Shown here one piece after another: positions 48,836 through 58,174 of a DNA stretch of 64,000 nucleotides; the stretch's first letter is position 1, and every line of letters begins with the position of its first letter. The notes beneath the pieces were generated by a model. It did not search any database, had not been told where the DNA came from, and saw only the letters and a program-made list of their open reading frames with translations. Location: contig CAWCKJ010000012.1 of NCBI GenBank assembly GCA_963796105.1, forward strand, positions 192,001 through 256,000. The letters run 5' to 3'. A program made the position numbers and the translations under genes. The DNA is from a candidate division FCPU426 bacterium (lineage in GTDB: Bacteria > Oederibacteriota > Muellerivitia > Muellerivitales > Muellerivitaceae).

Positions 48836-49789
48836 TCAGACCCCTATAGGCGTATCGGCTTGGGATTGGGCCGCGGGAGTCTTCAGGATCAGGTCCAATA
48901 TCCATATGAACGACTGGATATCGATATTGTCCTTGGGGTTCCAATCCGCCAATTTCTCCTTGCAGTCCCTGGCCATGGCCAGTAGGGCCTCATAGGTGGC
49001 CCAATTGGGGATAACCTCGTATTTCAATTCGTACCCGAACATTTCCGCGAATTTCCTGGTGACGAGGGGTTTCAGGAAAAAATGCCTCGAAGGCTGGGCA
49101 AAGTAGGGCAACAGGGTCGCGTTGGTCCATTTGGCGAATCCCGCGACCGTCATGACTTTGACCGCCTCAAAATAAGGGACCATGGTTTCGGCCCTCACTT
49201 CCGGGTCCTCCAGGAGATTGGTCAGGAGCGTGAAATATTGGAGGGTGAGTTCCGGGGCCTTCAAGACTTCCTTGAAGCAAAGAATCTCCTGGTGGAACGC
49301 GAGGTCTTGTTCGTCGAGTATTTTCCCTGTTTTCTCGGCCAAGCCGGCCGCATCCTTGTTTTCCAACATTTGGCGCAACTGGCCGTTTCCGAAGAGTTCC
49401 TGGTACAAGTTGGTGGTTTGAAGCTTATAAAATCTCTCCCCTTTTTTCAGGTCGCCGATATATTGGGGATCATCGAATTTTCCAGGGTATTTCGTGAGAA
49501 ACAGTTCCTTCGCCTGCTCAAAGCTGACGGCGGGTACCAACCGCTCCCTGGTCTTTTTCGCCCTGGGCTTGGCGCCTACCTTCATCCTGTCCAGAACAAT
49601 ATCCGATTGGTTCTCGGCGAGAACCAGCAGGTTCTCACCGGCGGAGTATTTGAGAAGGTCCAATCCCGGCTTGTTCTTGAACCGGATGTAAACATATTTC
49701 CCATCCACTTTCATGATCTTGCCCGGTCCCCACTCGGGTTTCAGGGAAAGATTGACCAATTTGCCCTCATCCGCCTTGACGATGACCAT
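48836..49789 (-). CDS. DUF3553-like N-terminal domain plus conserved helical domain
   Basis: KPEWGPGKIMKVDG (SH3-like), then AKWTNAT, FLKP, PNWATY, DNIDIQSFIW. Confidence 0.65.
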   Translation of the reverse strand: MVIVKADEGKLVNLSLKPEWGPGKIMKVDGKYVYIRFKNKPGLDLLKYSAGENLLVLAENQSDIVLDRMKVGAKPRAKKTRERLVPAVSFEQAKELFLTKYPGKFDDPQYIGDLKKGERFYKLQTTNLYQELFGNGQLRQMLENKDAAGLAEKTGKILDEQDLAFHQEILCFKEVLKAPELTLQYFTLLTNLLEDPEVRAETMVPYFEAVKVMTVAGFAKWTNATLLPYFAQPSRHFFLKPLVTRKFAEMFGYELKYEVIPNWATYEALLAMARDCKEKLADWNPKDNIDIQSFIWILDLILKTPAAQSQADTPIGV

Positions 49790-49980
49790 ATTTACCTCGA
49801 TTAGTTCATTTATTAATTATTGACCAATTTTATAGCGCAAAAAAGTGGGTTTGGCCATGACCCCCAGCATACAAAATAAGGGCCTTAATAAATGAAAAAT
49901 GGATAATGATAAATTAACGGGATTTACACTGCCCGGGAATCAAGCTGGAATTTTAAACCAAACGCAAAAATCGGTCGGGT

Positions 49981-50424
49981 TTACTGCTTCATCACTTCCA
50001 CGGGAAGCGAAGCCGTGACCTCGTGGTGCAGTTTGATGGTCACGTTGTGGTGGCCGACGAGGCGGATGTGGTCGTCCATGACCACCTGCTTCTTCTCGAT
50101 CTCGATCCCCTTTTCCTTCAGGGCCTCGACGATCTCGGCTGAGGTGATGGACCCAAAAAGCCTTCCCTCATCCCCGGCCTTGTGCCGAAGGGTGATGGTG
50201 TAGCCCTTGATTTTGTCCGCCAAGACCTGTGCCGTTTCCTTTTCCTTGGCTTTGCGGCGTTCCTGGGCCTTTTTCTCTTCCTCGATTTGCTTCATGGCCC
50301 CGCCTGAGGCCTCGACCGCCAAGCCGTTGGGGATTAGATAGTTCCGGGCGTAACCTTCCTTCGCCTCGATGATTTCGCCTTTTTTCCCGATTTTCGGCAC
50401 ATCCTTGATCAATAGTAATTTCAT
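49981..50424 (-). CDS. rplI: 50S ribosomal protein L9
   Basis: MKLLLIKDVPKIGKKGEIIEAKEGYARNYLIP, GRLFGSIT. True start 50424 (ATGA overlap). Confidence 0.98.
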   Translation of the reverse strand: MKLLLIKDVPKIGKKGEIIEAKEGYARNYLIPNGLAVEASGGAMKQIEEEKKAQERRKAKEKETAQVLADKIKGYTITLRHKAGDEGRLFGSITSAEIVEALKEKGIEIEKKQVVMDDHIRLVGHHNVTIKLHHEVTASLPVEVMKQ

Positions 50425-51179
50425 GAGGGCTGCTCCAGGGGGGGAGTTTTTATCTTCCTGAAATCGAACCAGACATCCAGGACTCCAAGGCAACAAACGG
50501 TGATCGACAGGAAATAAATGACGATGACATAGGAAACCCACCTCAGCATCCGGGGCAGTTTCCATTTGTGGAAAAAGAACGCTACGATGCTGAAACCGAA
50601 GAAGCAGTAAAAACCGCCGAAAAACACCAGGAGATTGTCCCCCAGGATGTCCAGGGGGCCGTCCAACGGCGCGAACAGCTTGATGAGGCACCCCAGGATG
50701 AAACCGAAAACCAGGGGTTCCGGCACGATCCACTCCCGGAACGCCATGGGAAAGGCGACCCGGCTGGTGACCTTCTGGAGGAACGCGGAAGTGACGTAAT
50801 AGGAAAAGAAGCCGATCAACAGGCAGGAGATTCCCAGGTGGGCGGGAAAAGACCATGCGAAATACCGGTTAAAATAGGGCTGCCATTGTTTCAAGTTCTC
50901 ATCCGTAAAACCGGAGCTATGGAATAAGGGGACTAAATCCGTATTCCAATAGTCATCCATGGATTTCAGGAGAAGGGCCCAAACCGAGTCAACATGACTG
51001 ATTTTCGCGAGGAAAAAAAGAAAGGCCGTAACCAACAACAGGCAGGCGAAGGTCCCGAACACAACCACCATAAAAGGTTTGAGTTTCCGGAGCAAAGCCC
51101 AGGCTGAAGCTAGGCAAGCCACCCCAAGGAGAAAGGTGAAGGAAACCAGTTTCAGCAAAAAGCCGATAAGAATGTCCAT
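50421..51179 (-). CDS. DUF2232/YybS-family membrane protein
   Basis: Polytopic, ends LGVLDVWFDFRK; lies between rpsR and rplI. Confidence 0.85.
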   Translation of the reverse strand: MDILIGFLLKLVSFTFLLGVACLASAWALLRKLKPFMVVVFGTFACLLLVTAFLFFLAKISHVDSVWALLLKSMDDYWNTDLVPLFHSSGFTDENLKQWQPYFNRYFAWSFPAHLGISCLLIGFFSYYVTSAFLQKVTSRVAFPMAFREWIVPEPLVFGFILGCLIKLFAPLDGPLDILGDNLLVFFGGFYCFFGFSIVAFFFHKWKLPRMLRWVSYVIVIYFLSITVCCLGVLDVWFDFRKIKTPPLEQPS

Positions 51180-51196
51180 CGAAAAACCTTATATTT

Positions 51197-51493
51197 TCAG
51201 GGGTTGGAAAACGGGAGAAGGGCGATATTACGGGCGCGTTTGATGGCTTTCGTCAGCTCCCGCTGGTGGCTGGCGCAGGTCCCGGTCATGCGGCTGGGAA
51301 CAATTTTTCCCCTCTCGCTTACGAAACTGCGCAGACGGTTCACGTCTTTGTAATCAATCGCGACGATCTTTTCCATGCAAAACCTGCAGGATTTGCGCCG
51401 CGGCCTGCGGAAACGGGCATTGAATGGGGCGCCGGGTCCGCCGCGCCCCTCTGAACGGGGTGATTTTGAGTCTTTCTTTTCTCTGGTTTCCAT
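51197..51493 (-). CDS. rpsR: 30S ribosomal protein S18 (C+ type)
   Basis: [41 protein letters not shown]. Confidence 0.99.
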   Translation of the reverse strand: METREKKDSKSPRSEGRGGPGAPFNARFRRPRRKSCRFCMEKIVAIDYKDVNRLRSFVSERGKIVPSRMTGTCASHQRELTKAIKRARNIALLPFSNP

Positions 51494-51545
51494 TTTTAAC
51501 TCCTTGGTATTAGCATTTTAATTTTGTTTTCGTTAATGCTGTTTT

Positions 51546-51971
51546 TTAAAAGGGGATGTCTTCCTCACTGCCGGCCGAAGCCGGGGCCTGTGGCGTTCCC
51601 TCTTCCTCTCCTGGCTCGTGGGCGCCTTCACCTGAAGCCTTTCCTCTGTTCAAGAATTGGACTCTTTCCGCCACGACTTCCAGGATGCTCCGTTTTTGCT
51701 TGTCCTCGGTCTCCCAGGAGCGGCTTTGGAGGCGGCCCTCCACGAAAATCGGGTCCCCTTTTTTCTTGTATTCCCCGATGGCTTCTGCTTGTTTTCCCCA
51801 CACTACTACCCTGACAAAGCAAACGTCCTCTTTTTTCTCCCCGGACTGCTGCTGGTAGGTCCGGTTGATGGCAAGACTAAAATTCGCCACAGGCGACCCC
51901 CCGGCGGTGAAGCGCAATTCCGGGTCTTTCGTCAGGTTCCCCATCAGCATAACTTTATTTAAGTTTGGCAT
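51546..51971 (-). CDS. ssb: Single-stranded DNA-binding protein
   Basis: NKVMLMGNLTKDPELR, VEGRLQSRSW, C-terminal EEDIPF. Confidence 0.99.
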   Translation of the reverse strand: MPNLNKVMLMGNLTKDPELRFTAGGSPVANFSLAINRTYQQQSGEKKEDVCFVRVVVWGKQAEAIGEYKKKGDPIFVEGRLQSRSWETEDKQKRSILEVVAERVQFLNRGKASGEGAHEPGEEEGTPQAPASAGSEEDIPF

Positions 51972-51987
51972 AGGACCTTTCCTTTAT

Positions 51988-52455
51988 TTAGGCTGGTTCA
52001 ACCGGTGGAGCGGCTGGGGCAGTAGGGACAGCAGGGGTTTCAGGCGCTGGTTTAGGCGCCTGCGGGGCCGAGGTTGTGCGGAGCCCGGTAGTTGGCCTGT
52101 GGCCGTGGGAAGGACCCTCGGTCGTGGAGGTCTTGATCCTCGGCGGCTTCACTTTGGCTTTCAGGTGGCTGATATCGTCCAGGACGATCATGTACTTGAT
52201 GACTTTTTCCAATAGGCGGAAGTTACGCCCCAGCTCCGCGACGGCATCCGGGGGCAGGGTGACATGGTAAAACACGAAATGGCCGTCCCGGTGTCTTTTC
52301 ACCGAATAGGCCAAGCGCCTTTTTCCCCAATCGTCCTTTTTCAAAATGGAACCTTTTGAATCCGCAATGACTTTTTCCACTTTGGATGAGACAACTTCCA
52401 TTTCCTCAGTAGTGGAACCGGGATCCAAAATATAGATGACATCATATTTATTCAT
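51988..52455 (-). CDS. rpsF: 30S ribosomal protein S6 with a Pro-rich C-terminal extension
   Basis: MNKYDVIYILDP, WGKRRLAY. Confidence 0.97.
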   Translation of the reverse strand: MNKYDVIYILDPGSTTEEMEVVSSKVEKVIADSKGSILKKDDWGKRRLAYSVKRHRDGHFVFYHVTLPPDAVAELGRNFRLLEKVIKYMIVLDDISHLKAKVKPPRIKTSTTEGPSHGHRPTTGLRTTSAPQAPKPAPETPAVPTAPAAPPVEPA

Positions 52456-52728
52456 GAACAGCCTCCCTATGGATTCTCCATATAAATGGAGATAGCCCAG
52501 TCCTTAAAAGCGACTATTCAGACCGGGCAGGGCTTCGTAAGAAACCAAGCGGGCTTCCTCAAAGCAGGGGTGGAGTATATTCCCGGATACCTTGGACTTG
52601 CAAGGCGAAAAAACCCTCAATTACGCTGGAATTCTTCCCATCGGAAGCCTTTCAGGCGAAGTCAGGCGTACCAACCCACGCGACAGTTTAAGGGGAGGGT
52701 GTACACGGGAAGGAGGAATTTGGACTCA

Positions 52729-54390
52729 CTACCCTCGCTCCAGCCTCAAGGTCTCCGGAACTGAGTCGGCCACCTCGGTTGGCCCCCAAAATTGGATGGG
52801 GCCGGGGCTTTGGAAATCATCCTCCAGGGCCCATTTTTTGCGCAAAGCCGCGAAAGTCCTGAATGGCTTTCCTTTCAGCTCCGTCAGCGCCTTTTGAATG
52901 ACCGGCTTTTCTTTGCCGTGGCGGCGCTCCAGGTTCATCATCATGGTCAAGGGCACTCCCCCGGCTTTCCACTGGACGGCCGGCTTCAACAGGTCCTGGA
53001 CGCTGGACAGGTAGCCGGTCAATCCCGCGGCCGTCAGGTAGGCGGCCGTGAACCCCAGGGAGTAGCAATAGTCGGCGTCGAAATTGGATGGCGCCGCGCA
53101 ACGGCCTTCGTAACCGAAGAAATGGCCCAAGCCGGAAAACTTGCCGTTGAACTTCCCTTCCCGCTTCCAATGCCTTAGCTTTATTTCCACTGTTTCAATC
53201 AGGAGCTTCTCGGTTTCGATCTTCGACACCTGCACGTTTCCATGCGGGTCCCGGTCGGCTAGGAGCTGGGCCTGGATCGAGTGCGGCAAGGAATGAAAAG
53301 CTTTTTTCGAATCTTCGCCCAGGCGTTCCTTCACAAAGACAATCTTGGCTTCCGGGGTATCCAGTTTCTCGAACTCCGCGTTCTCAGCCAAAAAATCATT
53401 CAATTCCCCAATGAGCTTCTTCATCTCGGGGATGAATTCCAACAGGCCCTCGGGAACGATGGCGACGCCGTAATTCTTTTTCTTTTCAGCGCGGTCCGCC
53501 ACGACCTTGGCGATCTGCTCGGTAATCTGGTCTAAGGTAAACTGGTTGGCTTCCACTTCCTCCGAGACCAAGCAAATATTGGGATGGACCTTCAACGCCA
53601 CTTCCAACGCGATGTGGCTGGCGGAACGACCCATGACCTTGATGAAATGCCAGTATTTTTTCGCCGACAGGCAGTCCCGGCCGACATTTCCCGCGAGCTC
53701 GGCGTAAACTTTCGTGGCTGTGTCGAAACCAAAGCTGACCTCGATTTGCTGGTTCTTCAGGTCCCCGTCGATGGTCTTGGGACAGCCGATGACACGAAGG
53801 GGGATTTGGTGGGCCTTGAAATACTCGGACAATATGGCCGCGTTCGTGTTTGAATCGTCCCCCCCCACCACCACGAGCGCGGAGATACCCTCCTTCGTCA
53901 AATTCTGGCGCACGGCCTCAAATTGCTCATGAGTCTCCAGCTTGGTGCGGCCTGAACCAATGATATCGAACCCGCCTGTGTTGCGGTAATCCGCAAGCAA
54001 TTTTTCCGTGATCTCGATTCTTTTATTCTCGACCAGGCCGGAAGGACCGCCCAGGAAACCGTAAAGCGTGTTTTTAGGGTTCAGCTTTTTGAGCCCGTCG
54101 AAAAGGCCTGCCACCACGTTATGCCCTCCGGGAGCTTGGCCCCCGGAAAGAACCAGGGCCGCCTTCAGGGGCTTGTTTAGGGAAGCCGGTGCCTTTCCCG
54201 CGATAAAGGACACCTCGGACTGGCCATAGGTGTTGGGAAAAAGTTTTTGGATAGGGGCGCGCGCGCTTTCGGAACGCGTCGTCCGGCCGGTTTTAATTCC
54301 GACTTTCAAGGGGTTGCCGCTGAAAACCTTGGGCAGCTTGGGCTTATAACTCGCGCGGCCGGCTTGCAAGGGAGATACATTCGATTTCAT
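52729..54390 (-). CDS. pfp: Pyrophosphate-dependent phosphofructokinase
   Basis: SGGQAPGGHNV, GGDDSNTNA, CPKTIDGD, MGRSASH, FGYEGR. Confidence 0.96.
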   Translation of the reverse strand: MKSNVSPLQAGRASYKPKLPKVFSGNPLKVGIKTGRTTRSESARAPIQKLFPNTYGQSEVSFIAGKAPASLNKPLKAALVLSGGQAPGGHNVVAGLFDGLKKLNPKNTLYGFLGGPSGLVENKRIEITEKLLADYRNTGGFDIIGSGRTKLETHEQFEAVRQNLTKEGISALVVVGGDDSNTNAAILSEYFKAHQIPLRVIGCPKTIDGDLKNQQIEVSFGFDTATKVYAELAGNVGRDCLSAKKYWHFIKVMGRSASHIALEVALKVHPNICLVSEEVEANQFTLDQITEQIAKVVADRAEKKKNYGVAIVPEGLLEFIPEMKKLIGELNDFLAENAEFEKLDTPEAKIVFVKERLGEDSKKAFHSLPHSIQAQLLADRDPHGNVQVSKIETEKLLIETVEIKLRHWKREGKFNGKFSGLGHFFGYEGRCAAPSNFDADYCYSLGFTAAYLTAAGLTGYLSSVQDLLKPAVQWKAGGVPLTMMMNLERRHGKEKPVIQKALTELKGKPFRTFAALRKKWALEDDFQSPGPIQFWGPTEVADSVPETLRLERG

Positions 54391-54592
54391 GAGGCCCTCC
54401 GGAAATAGGTTTCAAAAGTGGGTGTCATTATAAACTTCTTTCAGGGACTGCTTTTGGATAATTTCTTCAAAAAAACGGCAAGACAAAAATCAAGAACACC
54501 TAAATTTATAAACCCGGGGAAAATTTTCAGTTATTGGAAAATTACGCAGGTTTGAAACCAAGGAATTCGGAAGTGCCCCAGCTGGAAAACTC

Positions 54593-56326
54593 TCAATTCA
54601 CTTTCGCGGGTAGCACCTCATAAATGCTAACTGTATTCCATTCCTCCAGCAAACGAAGCCCCGTTATATTGCCGGGAAAATGAAATTGGGCGAGTTGCAG
54701 CTCAGGATCCCGATCCGGCTGCTGGTCCACCAAGAAATAGGCTTTATGGGCCAGGATATAACGGATTCCAAAATCCTGGAGCAATCGCACAGTCAATGGC
54801 GAGGTGAAATCACGCATATTTCGCCGCAAGCGGGATTCTACGCTTTGGGGGTTCTTGTAAGGAAAGTCCAGATTAAACAAGCGCTTTCCATGGTATGTCT
54901 GCCACAGAAGGTAAAACGGCTCAAATTCATACTTTTGCGTGCTGATGGGATATTCAGCGATAATAAAATGACCCGGTTGATTTTTCAGCCATTCATATTC
55001 GGGGGGTATTTTACTAACGTCATAAATTCTGCTTGAGGTAGGACAATAAAGCTCAAATCCCGCAGCCGCAAACAAGACCGCGAGTAAAGCACATCGTTTC
55101 CAAAGGCTCGCGGGTGAAATGTAGGAACAGGTCAAAGCCGCCAACAAGCAAAAACACAAGGATACCAACAAACCAAAACGGGCGTAAAAACGAAAAACGG
55201 GAAACAGGCAATAAAGGAGAAGATTCGGCCATGGTAGTATTATTTTTCCGAATATGGGGTTCAGACACATAAGTCCCGCGCCGACTCCCATCCAAATAAC
55301 AGAAAACCAAATCTTTCTATCAGTTATTCCGCGGTCTTTCCAAATGATCCAAATGGCCGCTAGAGCCATCAACCACGCAACATAACCCGGATTGACGATA
55401 TCGTCGATATACCAAGTATAGGGTTTTAAATGCCCCATCCATTCATGGACCCAGGCGCCCCACAAGGGATGGTAATAGGTCGGAATGAAAAAATGAATCC
55501 AACTATCGGTTCCAAGGTTGAAATCTATCAACTTGGGCACTCTCGTAAAATGATCCACAAGGGTCATTCTGTCGCGAAAAACCCACTGATCCCAAAGGGC
55601 TGGAATAATCGCGATGACATGAAGGAAGATGAACAGCCAAAATGAAGCGGTGGTTGTTTTAAAGCCCCTTTTAAAATAATAATCCCGAACCCAAAATAAG
55701 GTGAGAACGGCTGAACCAAGCCCCGCCATGAAACCAATCACGAAACTGAAGTTGAAAAGGATAAAAAATGCTGCTCCAGCCCATAAGGCCGTGAACCTGC
55801 CTGGTTTTTTGTAATATCGGTATAAAGCCAACCCATAAAGGGGAACCCACTGGATGGCAGCCATTTCGATATAGGCCCCGGCTTTTGAAAAATGCCAGGG
55901 ACTGAACATGTAAAGAAACCCGCCCAAGAGGCTTCCCCCTACCGACCCGGTCATTTCATACGCCAAAAGATAAAAGAACCACCCACTCAAGGGGAAGGTA
56001 TAGGCAATCATCCAATTGGAGGATGTGATGGGGCTGAGGTTTTTCGCCAAAAAGCCACCCATGCAGTCAAAAAACCTTTGCGGGGGAAACTGGGTGTCCC
56101 ATCCCCATGGCGCGTTCAACTGGTCCCAATGGCGGTTCAGGAAAAGCCAGTCATGATTTTGAAAAAGGCACCAAAAGCGGTGCAAGCTGAACTCAATGTC
56201 CGAATCGAGGCCGTAAATCCGGAAGGGACCGAGAAAAAACAAGGGATAGGTGTATAGGATAGAAACCAGAAGATAAAAAAGCGGAACGGCTATTTTGACG
56301 CGCGCGGAACGGCCATCAAGATTCAT
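54593..56326 (-). CDS. Polytopic membrane protein, YfhO/GT-C-like
   Basis: Many TM segments, FSPWH, FRFYARF, YEWLKNQPG..IAEYP, WQTYHGKRLFN. Confidence 0.65.
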   Translation of the reverse strand: MNLDGRSARVKIAVPLFYLLVSILYTYPLFFLGPFRIYGLDSDIEFSLHRFWCLFQNHDWLFLNRHWDQLNAPWGWDTQFPPQRFFDCMGGFLAKNLSPITSSNWMIAYTFPLSGWFFYLLAYEMTGSVGGSLLGGFLYMFSPWHFSKAGAYIEMAAIQWVPLYGLALYRYYKKPGRFTALWAGAAFFILFNFSFVIGFMAGLGSAVLTLFWVRDYYFKRGFKTTTASFWLFIFLHVIAIIPALWDQWVFRDRMTLVDHFTRVPKLIDFNLGTDSWIHFFIPTYYHPLWGAWVHEWMGHLKPYTWYIDDIVNPGYVAWLMALAAIWIIWKDRGITDRKIWFSVIWMGVGAGLMCLNPIFGKIILPWPNLLLYCLFPVFRFYARFGLLVSLCFCLLAALTCSYISPASLWKRCALLAVLFAAAGFELYCPTSSRIYDVSKIPPEYEWLKNQPGHFIIAEYPISTQKYEFEPFYLLWQTYHGKRLFNLDFPYKNPQSVESRLRRNMRDFTSPLTVRLLQDFGIRYILAHKAYFLVDQQPDRDPELQLAQFHFPGNITGLRLLEEWNTVSIYEVLPAKVN

Positions 56327-56661
56327 GAAAAAATTTCCTGCCTGATTTTTAAACGGTTCCGGTAAGGCGCGGATAAAGGGAACATGATCCCGCCGACCTA
56401 TTAATTTATTTGATAATCCGGAAAGGGTAAACCACCCGCCAAACCAGCCTCATTATGCCATCCCTTCTTTCTTTGTTTAAACAATAAACCAAAACCATTT
56501 CTTCCCCTGGCCGCGGTGCGTTTCAAAAACGATCCGGCAAGGATATCCCCAGCCCCAAGTTAAGCTTGCTAATTCAATGTTTATTTTGTAATAGTAAAGG
56601 CTCGCTTTCGGCCCCGAAAGGGAGCGGGACTGGAAATATAAAAAGAGAGAAGGATGGGAAA

Positions 56662-57729
56662 ATGAACATATCTGATATCGAGAAACATTTAGGAAAAGAC
56701 GCCAAGGATCTCCTGGGCTACCAATGCAAGGGGATCTCCAAAAACGATCTTCATATCCCCAGTGGCGATTGGGTGGACCGCATTTTCGCGCAGTCGGACC
56801 GCAACAACCGCGTTCTTTCCAGCCTGCAGTGGCTTTACTCCAACGGGCGCTTGTCCGGAACCGGTTATGTCTCCATTCTGCCGGTGGACCAGGGAATAGA
56901 ACACTCAGCCGGGGCCTCCTTCGCCAAAAACCCAGTTTATTTCGATCCTGAGAATATCATCAAGCTCGCGATTGAGGGCGGATGCAACGCGGTGGCTTCC
57001 ACCCTGGGCGTCATGGGCATCGTGTCCCGCAAATTGGCGCATAAGATTCCCTTCATTGTCAAGCTCAACCACAACGAGCTCCTGACCTATCCGAACAAAG
57101 CCTCGGAGTTTTACTTCGCCTCCGTCAAGCAGGCTTACGACATGGGCGCGGCCGGAATCGGGGCCACGATCTATTTCGGAAGCGACGACGCCCAGAAGGA
57201 AATCGAGGAGACTTCCAAGGCGTTCCAACAGGCCCATGAGCTGGGGTTGTTCACTGTTCTCTGGTGCTACCTGCGTAATAAGGCCTTCAAGACCAAGGAA
57301 AAGGATTATCACGTCTCGGCGGACTTGTCCGGGCAGGCCAATCACCTGGGCTGCACCATCGAGGCCGATATCATTAAGCAAAAGCTCCCTGAAAACAACG
57401 GGGGCTTCGTGTTCTTGAACCAGGAATCCAACTACGGCAAGTTTGACAAGCGCATGTATGACACACTTTGCCCCGACCACCCCATCGAATGGACCCGCTG
57501 GCAGGCGGCCAACTGCTACATGGGCCGGGCGGGGTTGATCAATTCCGGCGGCGCTTCTGGCGAGAACGACTTTGGGGAGGCTGTCAGGACGGCTGTCATC
57601 AACAAGCGCGCTGGCGGTATGGGACTCATTTCCGGACGCAAGGCGTTCCAAAGGCCGATGGCCGAGGGCGCGAAGCTCCTGCAGACCATCCAGGACGTTT
57701 ACCTCTGCAAGGAAGTGACAGTCGCTTGA
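56662..57729 (+). CDS. fbaB: Class I fructose-bisphosphate aldolase (FbaB/DhnA)
   Basis: [40 protein letters not shown]. Start set at MNISD. Confidence 0.96.
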   Translation: MNISDIEKHLGKDAKDLLGYQCKGISKNDLHIPSGDWVDRIFAQSDRNNRVLSSLQWLYSNGRLSGTGYVSILPVDQGIEHSAGASFAKNPVYFDPENIIKLAIEGGCNAVASTLGVMGIVSRKLAHKIPFIVKLNHNELLTYPNKASEFYFASVKQAYDMGAAGIGATIYFGSDDAQKEIEETSKAFQQAHELGLFTVLWCYLRNKAFKTKEKDYHVSADLSGQANHLGCTIEADIIKQKLPENNGGFVFLNQESNYGKFDKRMYDTLCPDHPIEWTRWQAANCYMGRAGLINSGGASGENDFGEAVRTAVINKRAGGMGLISGRKAFQRPMAEGAKLLQTIQDVYLCKEVTVA

Positions 57730-57743
57730 AGGAAGGTTGAACC

Positions 57744-57780
57744 AAAGCCCCTGGTTTCTAGGAAGCCAGGGGCTTTTTTT
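57744..57780 (+). terminator. Intrinsic terminator after fbaB
   Basis: AAAGCCCCTGGTTTC/GAAGCCAGGGGCTTT stem with T7 tail. Confidence 0.9.
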
Positions 57781-57825
57781 ATGTCATGATATGTTTTTCA
57801 ATAGTGAGGATTAGGAGGGGACCCA

Positions 57826-58014
57826 ATGGTTGAAATCACGGTGGTGATAGGCCATCGGGGAGGCGGTCAGATACTTGGCGTCTTTACCGACAAAAGAAAA
57901 ATCAAGGCTTTGCGGGAAATCACCAAGCGATTTCAGGAAGAGGGATACGTGAGTTTCGAGAAGCTGAAGTTGAACGAATTTCAGTTCAAACGGTTCGGCC
58001 TTTATTTTAAATGA
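57826..58014 (+). CDS. Small hypothetical protein (62 aa)
   Basis: Strong AGGAGG RBS; isolated ORF between the terminator and the convergent large gene. Confidence 0.5.
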   Translation: MVEITVVIGHRGGGQILGVFTDKRKIKALREITKRFQEEGYVSFEKLKLNEFQFKRFGLYFK

Positions 58015-58174
58015 AGGCGGTCATTCTTCAAAACGATACCTCTCGGCCGGTTCCGCCCAAATTTCATGGACCCGAATCTTTCCCTAGTTCTTTTACATGC
58101 ATTGAACGGTGAAAAAACAAAACCCCTTAATTCCTATGGAATAAAGAGGTTTAAGCCTTCAAACGAAGGTTATT

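Noticed and set aside
50425..50856. N-terminally extended 291-aa L9
   Set aside because: The extension overlaps the DUF2232 gene in another frame. L9 homology starts at ATG 50424.
52456..52550. S6:S18 leader RNA upstream of rpsF
   Set aside because: Hairpins are present and the position fits, but I could not match the conserved motif confidently. It needs an Rfam search.
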